This document shows positions 18,178 to 27,609 of a DNA stretch of 64,000 nucleotides, in pieces. Position numbers and translations under genes: made by a program. Position 1 is the stretch's first letter. The number at the start of each line of letters is the position of its first letter. Source of the DNA: Phycisphaerales bacterium (lineage in GTDB: Bacteria > Planctomycetota > Phycisphaerae > Phycisphaerales > UBA1924); NCBI GenBank assembly GCA_029260395.1, contig JAJDDJ010000002.1:145155-209154 (forward strand). Direction: 5' to 3'. The notes under the pieces are model-generated. The model was not told the DNA's origin, searched no databases, and saw nothing but the letters and a program-made list of their open reading frames with translations.

Positions 18178-18978
18178 TTAGCGGGCCGCAGCGCTGGCGA
18201 CGGCCTGGGCATCCGCTTCAACCGGTGGGGGCGGGGCCACCCGGAGGTGCTCGCGGGCGAGCAGTTGACCGACCGCCTCGTGGGCTGCGAACTCGACGTA
18301 CATCGGCATCGCGATGACGTACTTCCGCCAACCGACCGCCCCGGCATCGTCGTGCCGACCCGTCGCGTAGGAGCGCACAGCAGCCAGCGTCGCGTGGTTA
18401 CGGGCGTCCAGGTGCAAGCTCGCCACAGCGGTGGGGCGGTCGTCGAAGCTCGATGGCGAGGCGAAGCCGACATCGCTGGTGGCGAGCGTGAGATCGCGCG
18501 GGTTGAGAGTGGTCCGCTGTGCGGTGACACCGACCGCTTCTGTGCGCGCGTGCAGCGCCAGCGTGATGCCTACCTTGGGCGGGTCGTACGGGTCCCAGGC
18601 GGTGACAGTCGGAATCACGAGGCCATCTACCCCCAAGGCTTTGGCCAGCGCCTTGGCCTCGGTGGGCGTGCTGACACTCGCCATCTGCAACGCGGCCATC
18701 GCGGCGAGCGTCCGGTCGAGCGGCAGGCAATCAAGCCCGCGCGTCTGCTGAACCGCGGCCACGAGGGCATCGCCCACCTGTTCGGTATCGGCGAGCGTGG
18801 TGCCAGAGGCGTTCGACGGGGGCACAACCGCCCAGAGGGGCTCGCCCACGTCGGTCGAGTAGGGCGATCGCAGCTCGTTGGGCTTGTACAGCGTCTCCCG
18901 CTGCGACGAGGCGCAGCCGGCAAGTGAGCAAGCCATCAGCGAAATCAGGAGCGAGACCATTAGGCCAGAGCGAGCCAT
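18178..18978 (-). CDS. lipoprotein of unknown function
   Basis: Lipobox MARSGLMVSLLISLMACSLAGC at the start chosen (ATG 18978). Lies downstream of the TolB-like gene. No OmpA/Pal motif seen. Confidence 0.6.
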   Translation of the reverse strand: MARSGLMVSLLISLMACSLAGCASSQRETLYKPNELRSPYSTDVGEPLWAVVPPSNASGTTLADTEQVGDALVAAVQQTRGLDCLPLDRTLAAMAALQMASVSTPTEAKALAKALGVDGLVIPTVTAWDPYDPPKVGITLALHARTEAVGVTAQRTTLNPRDLTLATSDVGFASPSSFDDRPTAVASLHLDARNHATLAAVRSYATGRHDDAGAVGWRKYVIAMPMYVEFAAHEAVGQLLAREHLRVAPPPPVEADAQAVASAAAR

Positions 18979-19049
18979 GCGCGAACCTCCGCGTGCAAGA
19001 GCAACCAAGGGGAGCTCTCGCAAGCAGCGTGCCGGGCGCAGCCGCTGCC

Positions 19050-20231
19050 TCAATCCGTCGGTGCCGTGGCGAAGGTGTTGGGATTGGCGGACTCGCCCGA
19101 GGCCGCCATCAGGGCCGGCCTGGCATCCAGCGCCCAGATGTTTTCGCGCCCTGCACGGGCTGAGACAAAGTAGATGTTGTGGTCGTTGCCCCAGACCGGC
19201 ATCAGATCGCGGGCAGATCCTTGCGTGAGGTTCACCAGCCCGTTGCCGGTGGTCTGCATCATCCACAGGTCCGCTTGCGCGGTTTGGCCCGCAGGCTCGC
19301 GGATCGAGGCGAAGACCACTTGCAGCCCGTCGGGTCCCCACGAGGGATTCACGAACGCCTCATCGGCGCTGGCCATCAGCTCGGTCGGACTCCCGACCTG
19401 GCCGTTGGCGTAGTCGATGGTCCAGATGGCGAACTGCCGATCGCCCCGCTCGCGAGGGCGTTGGAACACAATCTGGTCGGCGCCATCGAGCCCGGTGCCG
19501 GGCACTGGGCACCACTCGGGGAAAAGGCCGTGGCCTATGGCGTGGGTCACGGTCGGGTTTGAGACATCAACCACCCACAGTTCCCACTGGCCGGACTGCT
19601 CGCCGAGCCTGCAAAACACGAGCGATGACCCGTCGGGCGACCATGACGGGTGCAGTTCGTGCGCCGGATCAGTGGTGATCTGCACTGCTTTGCCGCCCGC
19701 TGCGGGCATCACGAAGATGTCCCACTGGCCGCCGCGGTCGCTGGCGAACGCGATGCGCCGTCCATCAGGGCTGATCGAGGGCATTACGTCCTCAGCCGGA
19801 TGGTTAGTGAGCTGGGTGATGACGCTCGCATCGGAGCGCTTGAAGTAGATGTCAGCGGTGGTCCGGTGCTGGGTGGAGGCGAAGACCATGAACGTGCCGT
19901 CGGTGCTCATGTCCGGATCGAAATCCGCGCCGACCGAAGCGGTTGTGATTTGGCGAAGGCTCCCTGCTGAGCCCTGCGAGACCTCCGAGTCCGCCGCCTT
20001 AGTCGTTCCGATCTCACCGAACACGCTTCGTGTTTCGGGGCCGGGCTTGGTCCCGGTCTCGGGGCGGGTTCGGCTGGAGGGCGTCGCGGTCGTCGCTGGC
20101 GCGGTGGTGGGAACCAGCGTCGGGTCGTACTCGACAGGATGCATCTGAGCGGCGGCCAGGCCTGCGCTACCCACAAGGACCGATGCGAGCACGAGGTGGC
20201 GTAAGGCGAAGCGGGTCGAGCGAGCGGGCAT
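19050..20231 (-). CDS. TolB-like periplasmic beta-propeller protein (PD40/WD40-like repeats)
   Basis: Signal peptide MPARSTRFALRHLVLASVLVGSAGLAAA. Repeated PD40 motifs (ISPDGRRIAFASDRGGQWDIFVM, PSWSPDGSSLVF, PSWGPDGLQVVFAS, IYFVSARAGRENIWAL). Confidence 0.8.
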   Translation of the reverse strand: MPARSTRFALRHLVLASVLVGSAGLAAAQMHPVEYDPTLVPTTAPATTATPSSRTRPETGTKPGPETRSVFGEIGTTKAADSEVSQGSAGSLRQITTASVGADFDPDMSTDGTFMVFASTQHRTTADIYFKRSDASVITQLTNHPAEDVMPSISPDGRRIAFASDRGGQWDIFVMPAAGGKAVQITTDPAHELHPSWSPDGSSLVFCRLGEQSGQWELWVVDVSNPTVTHAIGHGLFPEWCPVPGTGLDGADQIVFQRPRERGDRQFAIWTIDYANGQVGSPTELMASADEAFVNPSWGPDGLQVVFASIREPAGQTAQADLWMMQTTGNGLVNLTQGSARDLMPVWGNDHNIYFVSARAGRENIWALDARPALMAASGESANPNTFATAPTD

Positions 20232-20353
20232 GGCGGTGTCTCCGATAACGTGGGCCAAAGAGCGGGCAGCCGTTGGCCGTGTATCGGCGGATGTGGGCTC
20301 TCGATCGAGCGGATGCCCCGGGCGAGGGGCAGAAACCCGGCTGGCCCGGCGGG

Positions 20354-20686
20354 CTACTGCTCGGTCTCGAACGAGACGATCGCGCGGGAATCGCCCGGCC
20401 TGATCCACCCTGACGATCGGCCGCGAGGGCCGCTCGCGACATCGAGGTGTTCAAGGTACCGATGCAGCGAGGCGGTCTCGAAGCGTTCGAGGAACGCCGA
20501 GGTCGCCGAGGTGTTGATGGTGACGATCCGGTCGATCACTTGCTCGCGGTTGAGCCGGCGGTCGGCCTGAGGGGTCGCGATTTCGGGCTTGTTGGCCCGG
20601 ATCGAAGCAGCTTGGCTCGCGGACTGACTCGCGGGCCGGCGGTCGAGAATATCGTTGAAGGTGGCCTGATACGGATCGTGCTGCAT
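20354..20686 (-). CDS. hypothetical protein
   Basis: 110-aa ORF with GC3-rich codons upstream of the TolB-like gene. No family recognised. Confidence 0.4.
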   Translation of the reverse strand: MQHDPYQATFNDILDRRPASQSASQAASIRANKPEIATPQADRRLNREQVIDRIVTINTSATSAFLERFETASLHRYLEHLDVASGPRGRSSGWIRPGDSRAIVSFETEQ

Positions 20687-20801
20687 GGTGACTCCGAGGT
20701 ACTGACACTGGGCGAGGCGCTCGCCGCGACACCAGCTATCGGGGCGAGCGGCCTAGCGCGATGAACGGATGAGAGCGCAATATTTGCGCAGATAGGTTTG
20801 C

Positions 20802-21428
20802 ATGCCCCATGCGCAATACTCGCTGACCTGGACCGGGTACCCGGACGCGGGCGATATCCGCGAAAAGCAAGGCTCGCTTTGGGGGACCTACGCAGGCGAA
20901 CTGCTTGGCTCGGCCGGGAGAGAACTGCCCAAGGTCGGTCGAGTCATTGTCCGCAGCGGCTCGCTTGACGGACCGGCGTTCGAGACGTGGGGGCCAAAGG
21001 GCTGGGAGGCGCTGGAAACAAGGTGCGAAGGGGTCGCGGGATCGGGGGCCGAGCTCTTGGTGCTGCCGCACGCTGGGGACGTGTTGAGCGATGTCCAGCG
21101 GTGCCTGAAGTTTCTCGACCGCTGGGCGGAGGCGAGCGAGCCGATTGGGCTGATCGTCGACCCTGCCGCGATGATGACGGATTCCATGCTCAATCGTGCG
21201 GCCGACCACCTCGGGCGGATGGCGGCTTCGCTGCTGAGCAGACGTGGTGTGAGAGCGGTGGTGGTGCCCGTGGGCGGTGACGCTGAGCGAATCCCTGCCG
21301 GTGCCTGGGAGCCCATGCTGACAGCTGCCCGCGCGCACAGGGTGCCGGTGATCGCGGTAGCGCAGGCTGCCATTCCAGCAAGCCAGACGAGTTCCCAAGC
21401 CCCGACCGAACGCGATGAGAGCCCCTAG
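20802..21428 (+). CDS. hypothetical protein
   Basis: 208-aa ORF ending 9 nt before nuoC. No NuoA/NuoB motifs and no family recognised. Confidence 0.5.
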   Translation: MPHAQYSLTWTGYPDAGDIREKQGSLWGTYAGELLGSAGRELPKVGRVIVRSGSLDGPAFETWGPKGWEALETRCEGVAGSGAELLVLPHAGDVLSDVQRCLKFLDRWAEASEPIGLIVDPAAMMTDSMLNRAADHLGRMAASLLSRRGVRAVVVPVGGDAERIPAGAWEPMLTAARAHRVPVIAVAQAAIPASQTSSQAPTERDESP

Positions 21429-21437
21429 ACTGCGTCC

Positions 21438-22052
21438 ATGAGCGAAACGCCCAAAGCCAACTCCTCCGCCCAGGCAGCGCCTCAGCAAGCAACGCCTCAA
21501 TCGGTCTCGATCGAGCAGAGCCCGGTGCTGGCTGCGGTCAAGTCGGCGTTTGGCTCAGCCAAGCTTCGGGCGACCCGGTTCCGGGGCCAGACCACGCTGA
21601 TCGTCGAGCCCAAGGATCTACACGCGGTGATGGCTGTCCTCAAGAGCGATGGGCGCTGCGGATTTGACCTGCTCTCGGATGTCGGGGGCGTGGACTACCT
21701 CGACTACCCCGCCGAGACCATCGCCCGATTCGCGGTGGTCTACAACCTTGTCAGCACCACGCTCGATCAGCGCGTGTTCGTCAAGACGTTCGTCGATCCT
21801 TCCATCCCGACCGATGGCATCGTCGAAGACCCGGCGTTGTGGGTCGATAGCGTGACGGACTTGTGGCCCGGCGCGGAGTGGATGGAGCGCGAGGTCTTTG
21901 ACATGTTTGGCATCCGCTTCGCGAATCATCCGGACCTTCGGCGGATCCTCACGTGGGAGGAGTACCCGGGCCACCCGCTCCGCAAGGACTACCCGTTACG
22001 AGGTCGGGGCGAACGTGACAACTTCGGCGTGGTCGATCGCTCGACTTCCTGA
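21438..22052 (+). CDS. nuoC: NADH-quinone oxidoreductase subunit C (30-kDa subunit)
   Basis: VDYLDYP...RFAVVYNLVS...WPGAEWMEREVFDMFGIRFANHPDLRRILT...YPLRKDYPLRG matches the NuoC family. Confidence 0.85.
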   Translation: MSETPKANSSAQAAPQQATPQSVSIEQSPVLAAVKSAFGSAKLRATRFRGQTTLIVEPKDLHAVMAVLKSDGRCGFDLLSDVGGVDYLDYPAETIARFAVVYNLVSTTLDQRVFVKTFVDPSIPTDGIVEDPALWVDSVTDLWPGAEWMEREVFDMFGIRFANHPDLRRILTWEEYPGHPLRKDYPLRGRGERDNFGVVDRSTS

Positions 22053-22084
22053 GGTTTGTCTGAGTGATTGAGCGTGTCCGCCGA

Positions 22085-25000
22085 TCACGGCGATCCGCGG
22101 AACGGGCCAGCATCCATGATGTCGATTCGGTCGTTCGCCAGATCCCAGAAAATGCGCCCCGCACGAATCGGCACGCCCGAGCGGGCGGTGTCGATGATCG
22201 TGACGTAGCCGCCAGGCCTTCCCATGAGCGTGGCCGAGGCATTGGCAGCGTTGTAATCAACGGTGTCCGCCAGCGCCTCACGCGTACCGCTCTTCATGGA
22301 GACGTTGCCCTGTGCGCGCGCTGAGCGCAGCTGGGCTTCAGTCGTTGGGTCCGCGTTGAGATCGCCACGCTGGGGGTCGAGCAGGACCGCATCAAGGCGG
22401 TCGCAGTCGATGAGCGTGACCGAACCGTCGCCGCGCCGGCGGTGGTGGGTCTTGACGTTGCCGATCATGGTCGCCTGCCCGGTGTTGCGGTTGTGAACGA
22501 ACGATTCGTTCCACGAGAACAGCGCGAGCGCCTGCCGCTCGGGCGGAAGCTGCTGGCGTTGGTCGCTGACCAGCAGCGAACCCGGACCTTGCACATCGAC
22601 GACGCCAGCGCGCTGGTCAAGCGAGACGATTGGGCCGGTGAGGCGCAGCGCGCGCGCCAGCATGGGTTCAGCGCCGGGCTTTACCTCGAACCGAGCTGAT
22701 TCGACGGCGGCCTGCGTCTGGCTCTCGCCGTTGGAACGAGCGATAAAGGTGAGCACCTCGCGGTCCTCGCGGGGGGCGTCCTCGCCCTCGTCTTGCTCGC
22801 GGTAGGGCTCGAAGGTGGCGGTCACCTCATCGCCCAGCACCGCGTCGCGGCGGGTGGGGTCGGGCGCGTGGACAGCCTGCACATCGCCCATGCAGTGCAG
22901 CGTGCCGGCATAGTCATCGAACGTCATGGACTGCGACCACGCAGCGGTGAGCAGGCCGGTGGTGCCATCGGGATTGGTCGAAGCGCGCGAGAATGAGCCC
23001 GCGCCCGCGACCGAGCCGTTTCGGCCCGTGCCGTCAAGGTCGATCACGTCATCTGGACCGACCGCGGTGATGCGCACGCCGTCGCGCTGGGCAACAGCGT
23101 TGGGGCCCTGGACGCGGACGCTCTGGCGGTCGTCGTGCATGAGCACATCTCCGCCTGAAACGAGCAGGTTGTCGCGTGCGCGAACGATCTGCGTGGCGCC
23201 CATGGTGTGCAGTCGCTGGATGCGCGCGCCGCCGTCCTGTTCGCCGCCTTGGCCGTCGCCCGGGCTTGCGGGCTTGAGGGTGGCGTCGATGATTTCGGCC
23301 TCGATGGTGTCCGGGCCGTCGTTAAACTTCGCGGTGCCCCTTGCGAGCAGGTCGGTGGGGACGGGGTCGTCGCCGTTGGTGCTGGTGTCGAACAGCACGT
23401 CGAGCGCCTCGCAGGTGCCGCCCGCATTTCTGCCGTCGCTCGCTCTGACCTGGCCCCGTGCGGCGAGGCGCTGGAGCCGAAGATCGCCGCCCGGCCCGTT
23501 GGTGAACGTGGTGCGGAGGAAGTCGCTTTCAAGGGTGGATTCGTCGCGGCGTGCGCGCACCGCGCCCGAGCACATGGCCTCCTGCAACACGCCGGTGATG
23601 CCGTTGCGATCGACTTCAAAGACAAGGTCGGCTTGCTCGTTCCAGGTGACGGTGCCCGATGCGGCGTCGTTTTGCACGAGGCCCGCACCGGGCGCGTACC
23701 CGATGCCGGTGTCGAGGTTGAGTTCGAGGCTGCCGAACCGTGCGAGCCCGTCGCCGTCGCTGACGAGTTCGACGCCGGTCATGCCTTGGGAGGCCATCAC
23801 GATGTGCCGGCGGGTGGCGTAGTAATCGAGCACGCCGGTGGAGCCGCGAGCCTGGGCGTTTGGGTCTTCGAGCAGCACCCGGCCTGACCTGCTTGCGGTG
23901 AAGCGGGCGGCGACCTCGTCTTTAGCGAGTTCCTCAGGGCGGGAGGTTGACGGGCGAATCTCGGCGACGCCGGTCCAAGTAAGCAGGATGTCGTCGCTCG
24001 CTGGATCGACTGCTGGGAGTTCGGGCGAGCCGGCGGGTGGCCCTGAAGGCTGGCTGGGCTGGTCTTCGCCGCTGGCAATGCGCACGGGCTCGGATGGGCT
24101 AGAACGCGTATTGCCGTGTGGATCAGCCGTAGGGGCATCGGGTTCGCTCGAGTTGCGTTCGAGAGCCCCATCGGCGAGCTTGTTATCAACGAGCCTCGCC
24201 CACAGGTCGAGCTGGTCGCCCTTGATGGTTCGGCCTCGATCGAGCAGCACAACGTTGTCCTTGAAGACAGCGCGGTAGAACGACTCGAGCGGGTCGGGCG
24301 CGGTCTTGGGCGCCGACAGCGTGGCGCCATCGGCGTTCGCAACAGACGGCTGGTCGTGCGGCGCCATTGCTGGCTGCTGGATTGCGGGTTCGGGTTCAGC
24401 GGACTTAGACCTGCTGATGCGCAGGTACTCGCCCTGCTGAAGGCGGAAAAGCTCGATGCGCTCGAGCGGCTCGTTGATGTTCATCCGCAGATCGGTGCCC
24501 GCGAGTTCACCCATCGTGGAGGTGACGACGACGCGGTCGGGCGTGGCGACCTCGCCGAGCGTGAGATCGAACGTAAGCGTATCGCTCTTGAAGGTGGCTT
24601 CGGGCTCGTCGTTGTCGGCATCGGCTCGTCGGCCCAGGTTGGGGTACCGGCGGATGACCACACCGCCGGTGAGCGTGCCCTGCTCGGGCTCGCGCGCGCG
24701 GTCGGGCAGCACCAGGGTTCCCTCGGCTGCGGTGATGGAGACGCTGGAGCCGTCTTTCATGAAGACCCAGGCGCGGGGTGTATCGACTCGGTAGAGGTCG
24801 GGGCCGATGGGGTCCATCTGCGCCGAGCGGAGTTCCATGGCAATGCGGTCTGGGTTGTTCTTGTCGGTGATCTGGATGAACAGGCCGCTGCCGCCGGTGG
24901 AGCCCGTGCCTCCGGCCTGGTTGCCCCCGATGAGCGGCTCAAAGAGCCCAGCCCCGGTGTCGCCGTCGGCCGGGTCGGGGTTGCTTGAACCGCTGCCACG

Positions 25001-25090
25001 CACGATGAGCACGATCATGACGGTGGCGAAGAGCAGGCTGAGCCCTGCTGCGATGAACATGAGCTTTCTGCGTGGATCGGTGGATGCCAT
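22085..25090 (-). CDS. 1001-aa membrane-anchored periplasmic protein, putative giant LptC/LptA(OstA)-like LPS-transport protein
   Basis: N-terminal TM anchor KLMFIAAGLSLLFATVMIVLIV. Lies immediately downstream of kdsD-kdsC, the position of lptC-lptA in the E. coli kdsD-kdsC-lptC-lptA-lptB locus. Recurring beta-rich segments resemble OstA modules (e.g. GNVKTHHRRRGDGSVTLIDCDRLDAVLL, AQGNVSMKSGTREALADTVDYNAANASATLMG). The product call is inference. Confidence 0.7.
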   Translation of the reverse strand: MASTDPRRKLMFIAAGLSLLFATVMIVLIVRGSGSSNPDPADGDTGAGLFEPLIGGNQAGGTGSTGGSGLFIQITDKNNPDRIAMELRSAQMDPIGPDLYRVDTPRAWVFMKDGSSVSITAAEGTLVLPDRAREPEQGTLTGGVVIRRYPNLGRRADADNDEPEATFKSDTLTFDLTLGEVATPDRVVVTSTMGELAGTDLRMNINEPLERIELFRLQQGEYLRISRSKSAEPEPAIQQPAMAPHDQPSVANADGATLSAPKTAPDPLESFYRAVFKDNVVLLDRGRTIKGDQLDLWARLVDNKLADGALERNSSEPDAPTADPHGNTRSSPSEPVRIASGEDQPSQPSGPPAGSPELPAVDPASDDILLTWTGVAEIRPSTSRPEELAKDEVAARFTASRSGRVLLEDPNAQARGSTGVLDYYATRRHIVMASQGMTGVELVSDGDGLARFGSLELNLDTGIGYAPGAGLVQNDAASGTVTWNEQADLVFEVDRNGITGVLQEAMCSGAVRARRDESTLESDFLRTTFTNGPGGDLRLQRLAARGQVRASDGRNAGGTCEALDVLFDTSTNGDDPVPTDLLARGTAKFNDGPDTIEAEIIDATLKPASPGDGQGGEQDGGARIQRLHTMGATQIVRARDNLLVSGGDVLMHDDRQSVRVQGPNAVAQRDGVRITAVGPDDVIDLDGTGRNGSVAGAGSFSRASTNPDGTTGLLTAAWSQSMTFDDYAGTLHCMGDVQAVHAPDPTRRDAVLGDEVTATFEPYREQDEGEDAPREDREVLTFIARSNGESQTQAAVESARFEVKPGAEPMLARALRLTGPIVSLDQRAGVVDVQGPGSLLVSDQRQQLPPERQALALFSWNESFVHNRNTGQATMIGNVKTHHRRRGDGSVTLIDCDRLDAVLLDPQRGDLNADPTTEAQLRSARAQGNVSMKSGTREALADTVDYNAANASATLMGRPGGYVTIIDTARSGVPIRAGRIFWDLANDRIDIMDAGPFRGSP

Positions 25091-25142
25091 GGCGTGATCC
25101 TACAGGGGGCAGCCCAGGGAAGCTGGTGGCGGCGAGAGTGTG

Positions 25143-25688
25143 TTACGAACGCAGCGAACTGCCCGCGTGGCTGGCCTCGCGGGCGGCATCGAGCAGGTTG
25201 CGGGCGCTGAGCAGGTGCTCGACCGCGTCCCGCACCGCGCCCCGCCCGCCGGGAGAGGGCGTGACAAAGTGCGCCCGGGCGCGGAGGTCGGCGTGCGCAT
25301 CGGCGGGTGCGATCGAGTAGCCCGCGAGGGCGAACATGGCCAGGTCGGGCCAGTCGTCACCCATGACAGCGGTCTCTTCGAGGGCGGTGCCGGTGTCGGC
25401 GGCAAGTTGTTCCAGTGCGGCCCGCTTGTCGTTCGAACTCTCGATCAAGTGCTTGATGCCGAGTTCGCCCGCCCTTCGCGCCAGCGCGGGCCCGCCGCGA
25501 CCCGTGATGATGGCCGCCTCAAAGCCGGCGTTCATCCACGCGCGAAGACCGAGCCCGTCGCGGACGTTGAAGGCTTTGAGTTCGTGGCCTCGGTCGTCGT
25601 AGATGATGGAGCCATCGGTGAGCACGCCGTCGCAGTCGAGCACGAGCAGGCGAATGCGGGCAGCGATGGCTGGTTCGTGGGCCTTCAT
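25143..25688 (-). CDS. kdsC: 3-deoxy-D-manno-octulosonate 8-phosphate phosphatase KdsC
   Basis: HAD motif LLVLDCDGVLTDG, KAFNVRDGLG, and AVMGDDWPDLAMFALAGYSIAPADA. Confidence 0.85.
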   Translation of the reverse strand: MKAHEPAIAARIRLLVLDCDGVLTDGSIIYDDRGHELKAFNVRDGLGLRAWMNAGFEAAIITGRGGPALARRAGELGIKHLIESSNDKRAALEQLAADTGTALEETAVMGDDWPDLAMFALAGYSIAPADAHADLRARAHFVTPSPGGRGAVRDAVEHLLSARNLLDAAREASHAGSSLRS

Positions 25689-26734
25689 GGTTCGTCGCTC
25701 ACGAGCCGGGCTGCGATGAGGTCCTGCACATCGAGCAGGCCGACGGGTTTGCCATCGTTGTCGACGACCGGGATCTCGTCGGCGCGGTGCTCGCGGACCA
25801 TCGCAACGGCGTCACGGCCGAGCGCCGAGGCGGGCAGCGTGCGCGGGTTGCGGGACATCACGGTGGCGATGGGCGCATCGAGCGAGTCGCCCCTGAGCAC
25901 CAGCCGCCGCAGGTCGCCATCGGTGAAGATGCCTGTGAGACGGCCCGTTTGATCGATTAACAGAAGCGCGCCGGGCCTGCGGGTGGTCTGCTCGGCCTGC
26001 CTGAGCGCCTCGGCGATGCTGAGCGTGTCGAGGGCGACGGGGGCGTTAACGCCCGCGCGGAAGCGGAGCAGTTCGGTGACGGGGCGAAGCAGCCCGCCGA
26101 GCGAGCCGCCCGGGTGGCGCTTGGCAAAGTCAGCGGTGGTGAAGTTCATCTGGCGTGCTGCGGCGAGCGCCATTGCATCGCCCAGCGCGAGCGTCGCGGT
26201 TGTTGAGGTGGTGGGGGCCGCGAGTGCATCGCCGCCGGCTTCTTGCAGGTCGCCCACATGCAGGGCGATCGTGGCGATGCGCGGCAGGGCGAGTTCGGTG
26301 TCAGCCGAGGTGCCGCCGGTGATGGAGATGATGGGCAGGCCGTCTTGGCGAAGGATGGCCGCGAGGTTGACGACCTCTTGCGTTCGGCCCGAGTGGCTTA
26401 GCGCGATGACGAGGTCGCGCTTGCGGAAACGGCCCAGGTCGCCGTGGGCGGCTTCGGAAGGGTGGACCGCGTGCGACGGGATGCCCAGCGACGCGAGGGT
26501 GGCGGAGAGCTTGGCCCCAATGAGCCCGCTCTTGCCCAGCCCGCTGACGAGCACGGTGCCCTCGTTGCGCGCGCACTGGACGATCGCCTCGACCGCGGCC
26601 TCGAAGGGCGGACCCAGGTCGGTGGCCAGGCGATCAGCCAGGGCGTCGAGCGCGCGAGCGGACAGCCGAAGGTCGTCGGCGGCCCGTTCAAGCGTGGCAT
26701 CGGCGGCTCGTGGGGCCCGGGTGTCGGTGGCCAT
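25685..26734 (-). CDS. kdsD: arabinose-5-phosphate isomerase KdsD (SIS + tandem CBS domains)
   Basis: SIS domain (VLVSGLGKSGLIGAKLSATLASLGIPS...ALSHSGRTQEV) and a C-terminal CBS pair. Start/stop overlap with kdsC. Confidence 0.9.
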   Translation of the reverse strand: MATDTRAPRAADATLERAADDLRLSARALDALADRLATDLGPPFEAAVEAIVQCARNEGTVLVSGLGKSGLIGAKLSATLASLGIPSHAVHPSEAAHGDLGRFRKRDLVIALSHSGRTQEVVNLAAILRQDGLPIISITGGTSADTELALPRIATIALHVGDLQEAGGDALAAPTTSTTATLALGDAMALAAARQMNFTTADFAKRHPGGSLGGLLRPVTELLRFRAGVNAPVALDTLSIAEALRQAEQTTRRPGALLLIDQTGRLTGIFTDGDLRRLVLRGDSLDAPIATVMSRNPRTLPASALGRDAVAMVREHRADEIPVVDNDGKPVGLLDVQDLIAARLVSDEP

Positions 26735-26781
26735 GGACAGAGGGTAGACTGCAAACGCTGGCCACCAAAGGAGCGAATCGC

Positions 26782-27609
26782 TTGGAAACGCAGGGGTACA
26801 CCGTCCGTTTGGAGTCGTTTCAGGGGCCTTTGGACCTGCTGCTGTACTTGATTCGACGGGCCGAGGTGGACATCCACGACATCCCGATCGGGACGATCAC
26901 CGAGCAGTTCATGGCGTTTCTCGCGGAGATCGAGCGGATCGACATGGACGCAGCGGGCGAGTTCCTGCTGATGGCGGCCACGCTGATGGAGATCAAGTCG
27001 AGGTCGCTCAGCCCGGAATCCCAGCAGACCGAACATGCCGAGCGAGCCTCCGCGACGCCCGAAGACCCCCGGCGGGAACTCGTCACGCAGCTCTTGGAGT
27101 ACCGGCGGACCCGCGCCGCAGCGGACGACCTCGAGCGCCGATTCGAGAGCTGGAAGGGCCGGCGCGGCGGTGGGGGCGCGATGGTCGGGAGCGAGCCCGA
27201 CGAAGATGACGAACGGGCGGTCGAGCTCGACGACCTCCACATCATGGATCTGGTCGAGGCGTTCAACACGATCATCGAGGCGGTCGATTTCAGCCGCATG
27301 GGCGAGCACGAGATCGTCGACGACGAGACGCCGATGGAGCTGCACGCCGCGGACATTGTGGACCGGCTCGAGCGAGGGATGGGCGAGGGCCATGGGTCGA
27401 TGCCGTTGGGCTCGTTGTTCGAGGGCCGGCGGCGGGTCGAGATGATCGGGCTGTTCCTAGCGACGCTGGAACTGGTGCGCAATCGGCGGGTCGCGGTTCA
27501 GCAGGACGAGCAGGGACGCATCAGCCTGGCGCTGCGCGAGCCGGAAACGTTGGACGAAGAGTCAGCGGCAGACGTGCGAGTCGAGGGCGCTAGCGCCGAC
27601 GGCGCGTGA
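26782..27609 (+). CDS. scpA: segregation and condensation protein A (ScpA)
   Basis: LESFQGPLDLLLYLIRRAEVDIHDIPI is the ScpA N-terminal signature. TTG 26782 lies 8 nt after AAAGGAG. Confidence 0.8.
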   Translation: METQGYTVRLESFQGPLDLLLYLIRRAEVDIHDIPIGTITEQFMAFLAEIERIDMDAAGEFLLMAATLMEIKSRSLSPESQQTEHAERASATPEDPRRELVTQLLEYRRTRAAADDLERRFESWKGRRGGGGAMVGSEPDEDDERAVELDDLHIMDLVEAFNTIIEAVDFSRMGEHEIVDDETPMELHAADIVDRLERGMGEGHGSMPLGSLFEGRRRVEMIGLFLATLELVRNRRVAVQQDEQGRISLALREPETLDEESAADVRVEGASADGA

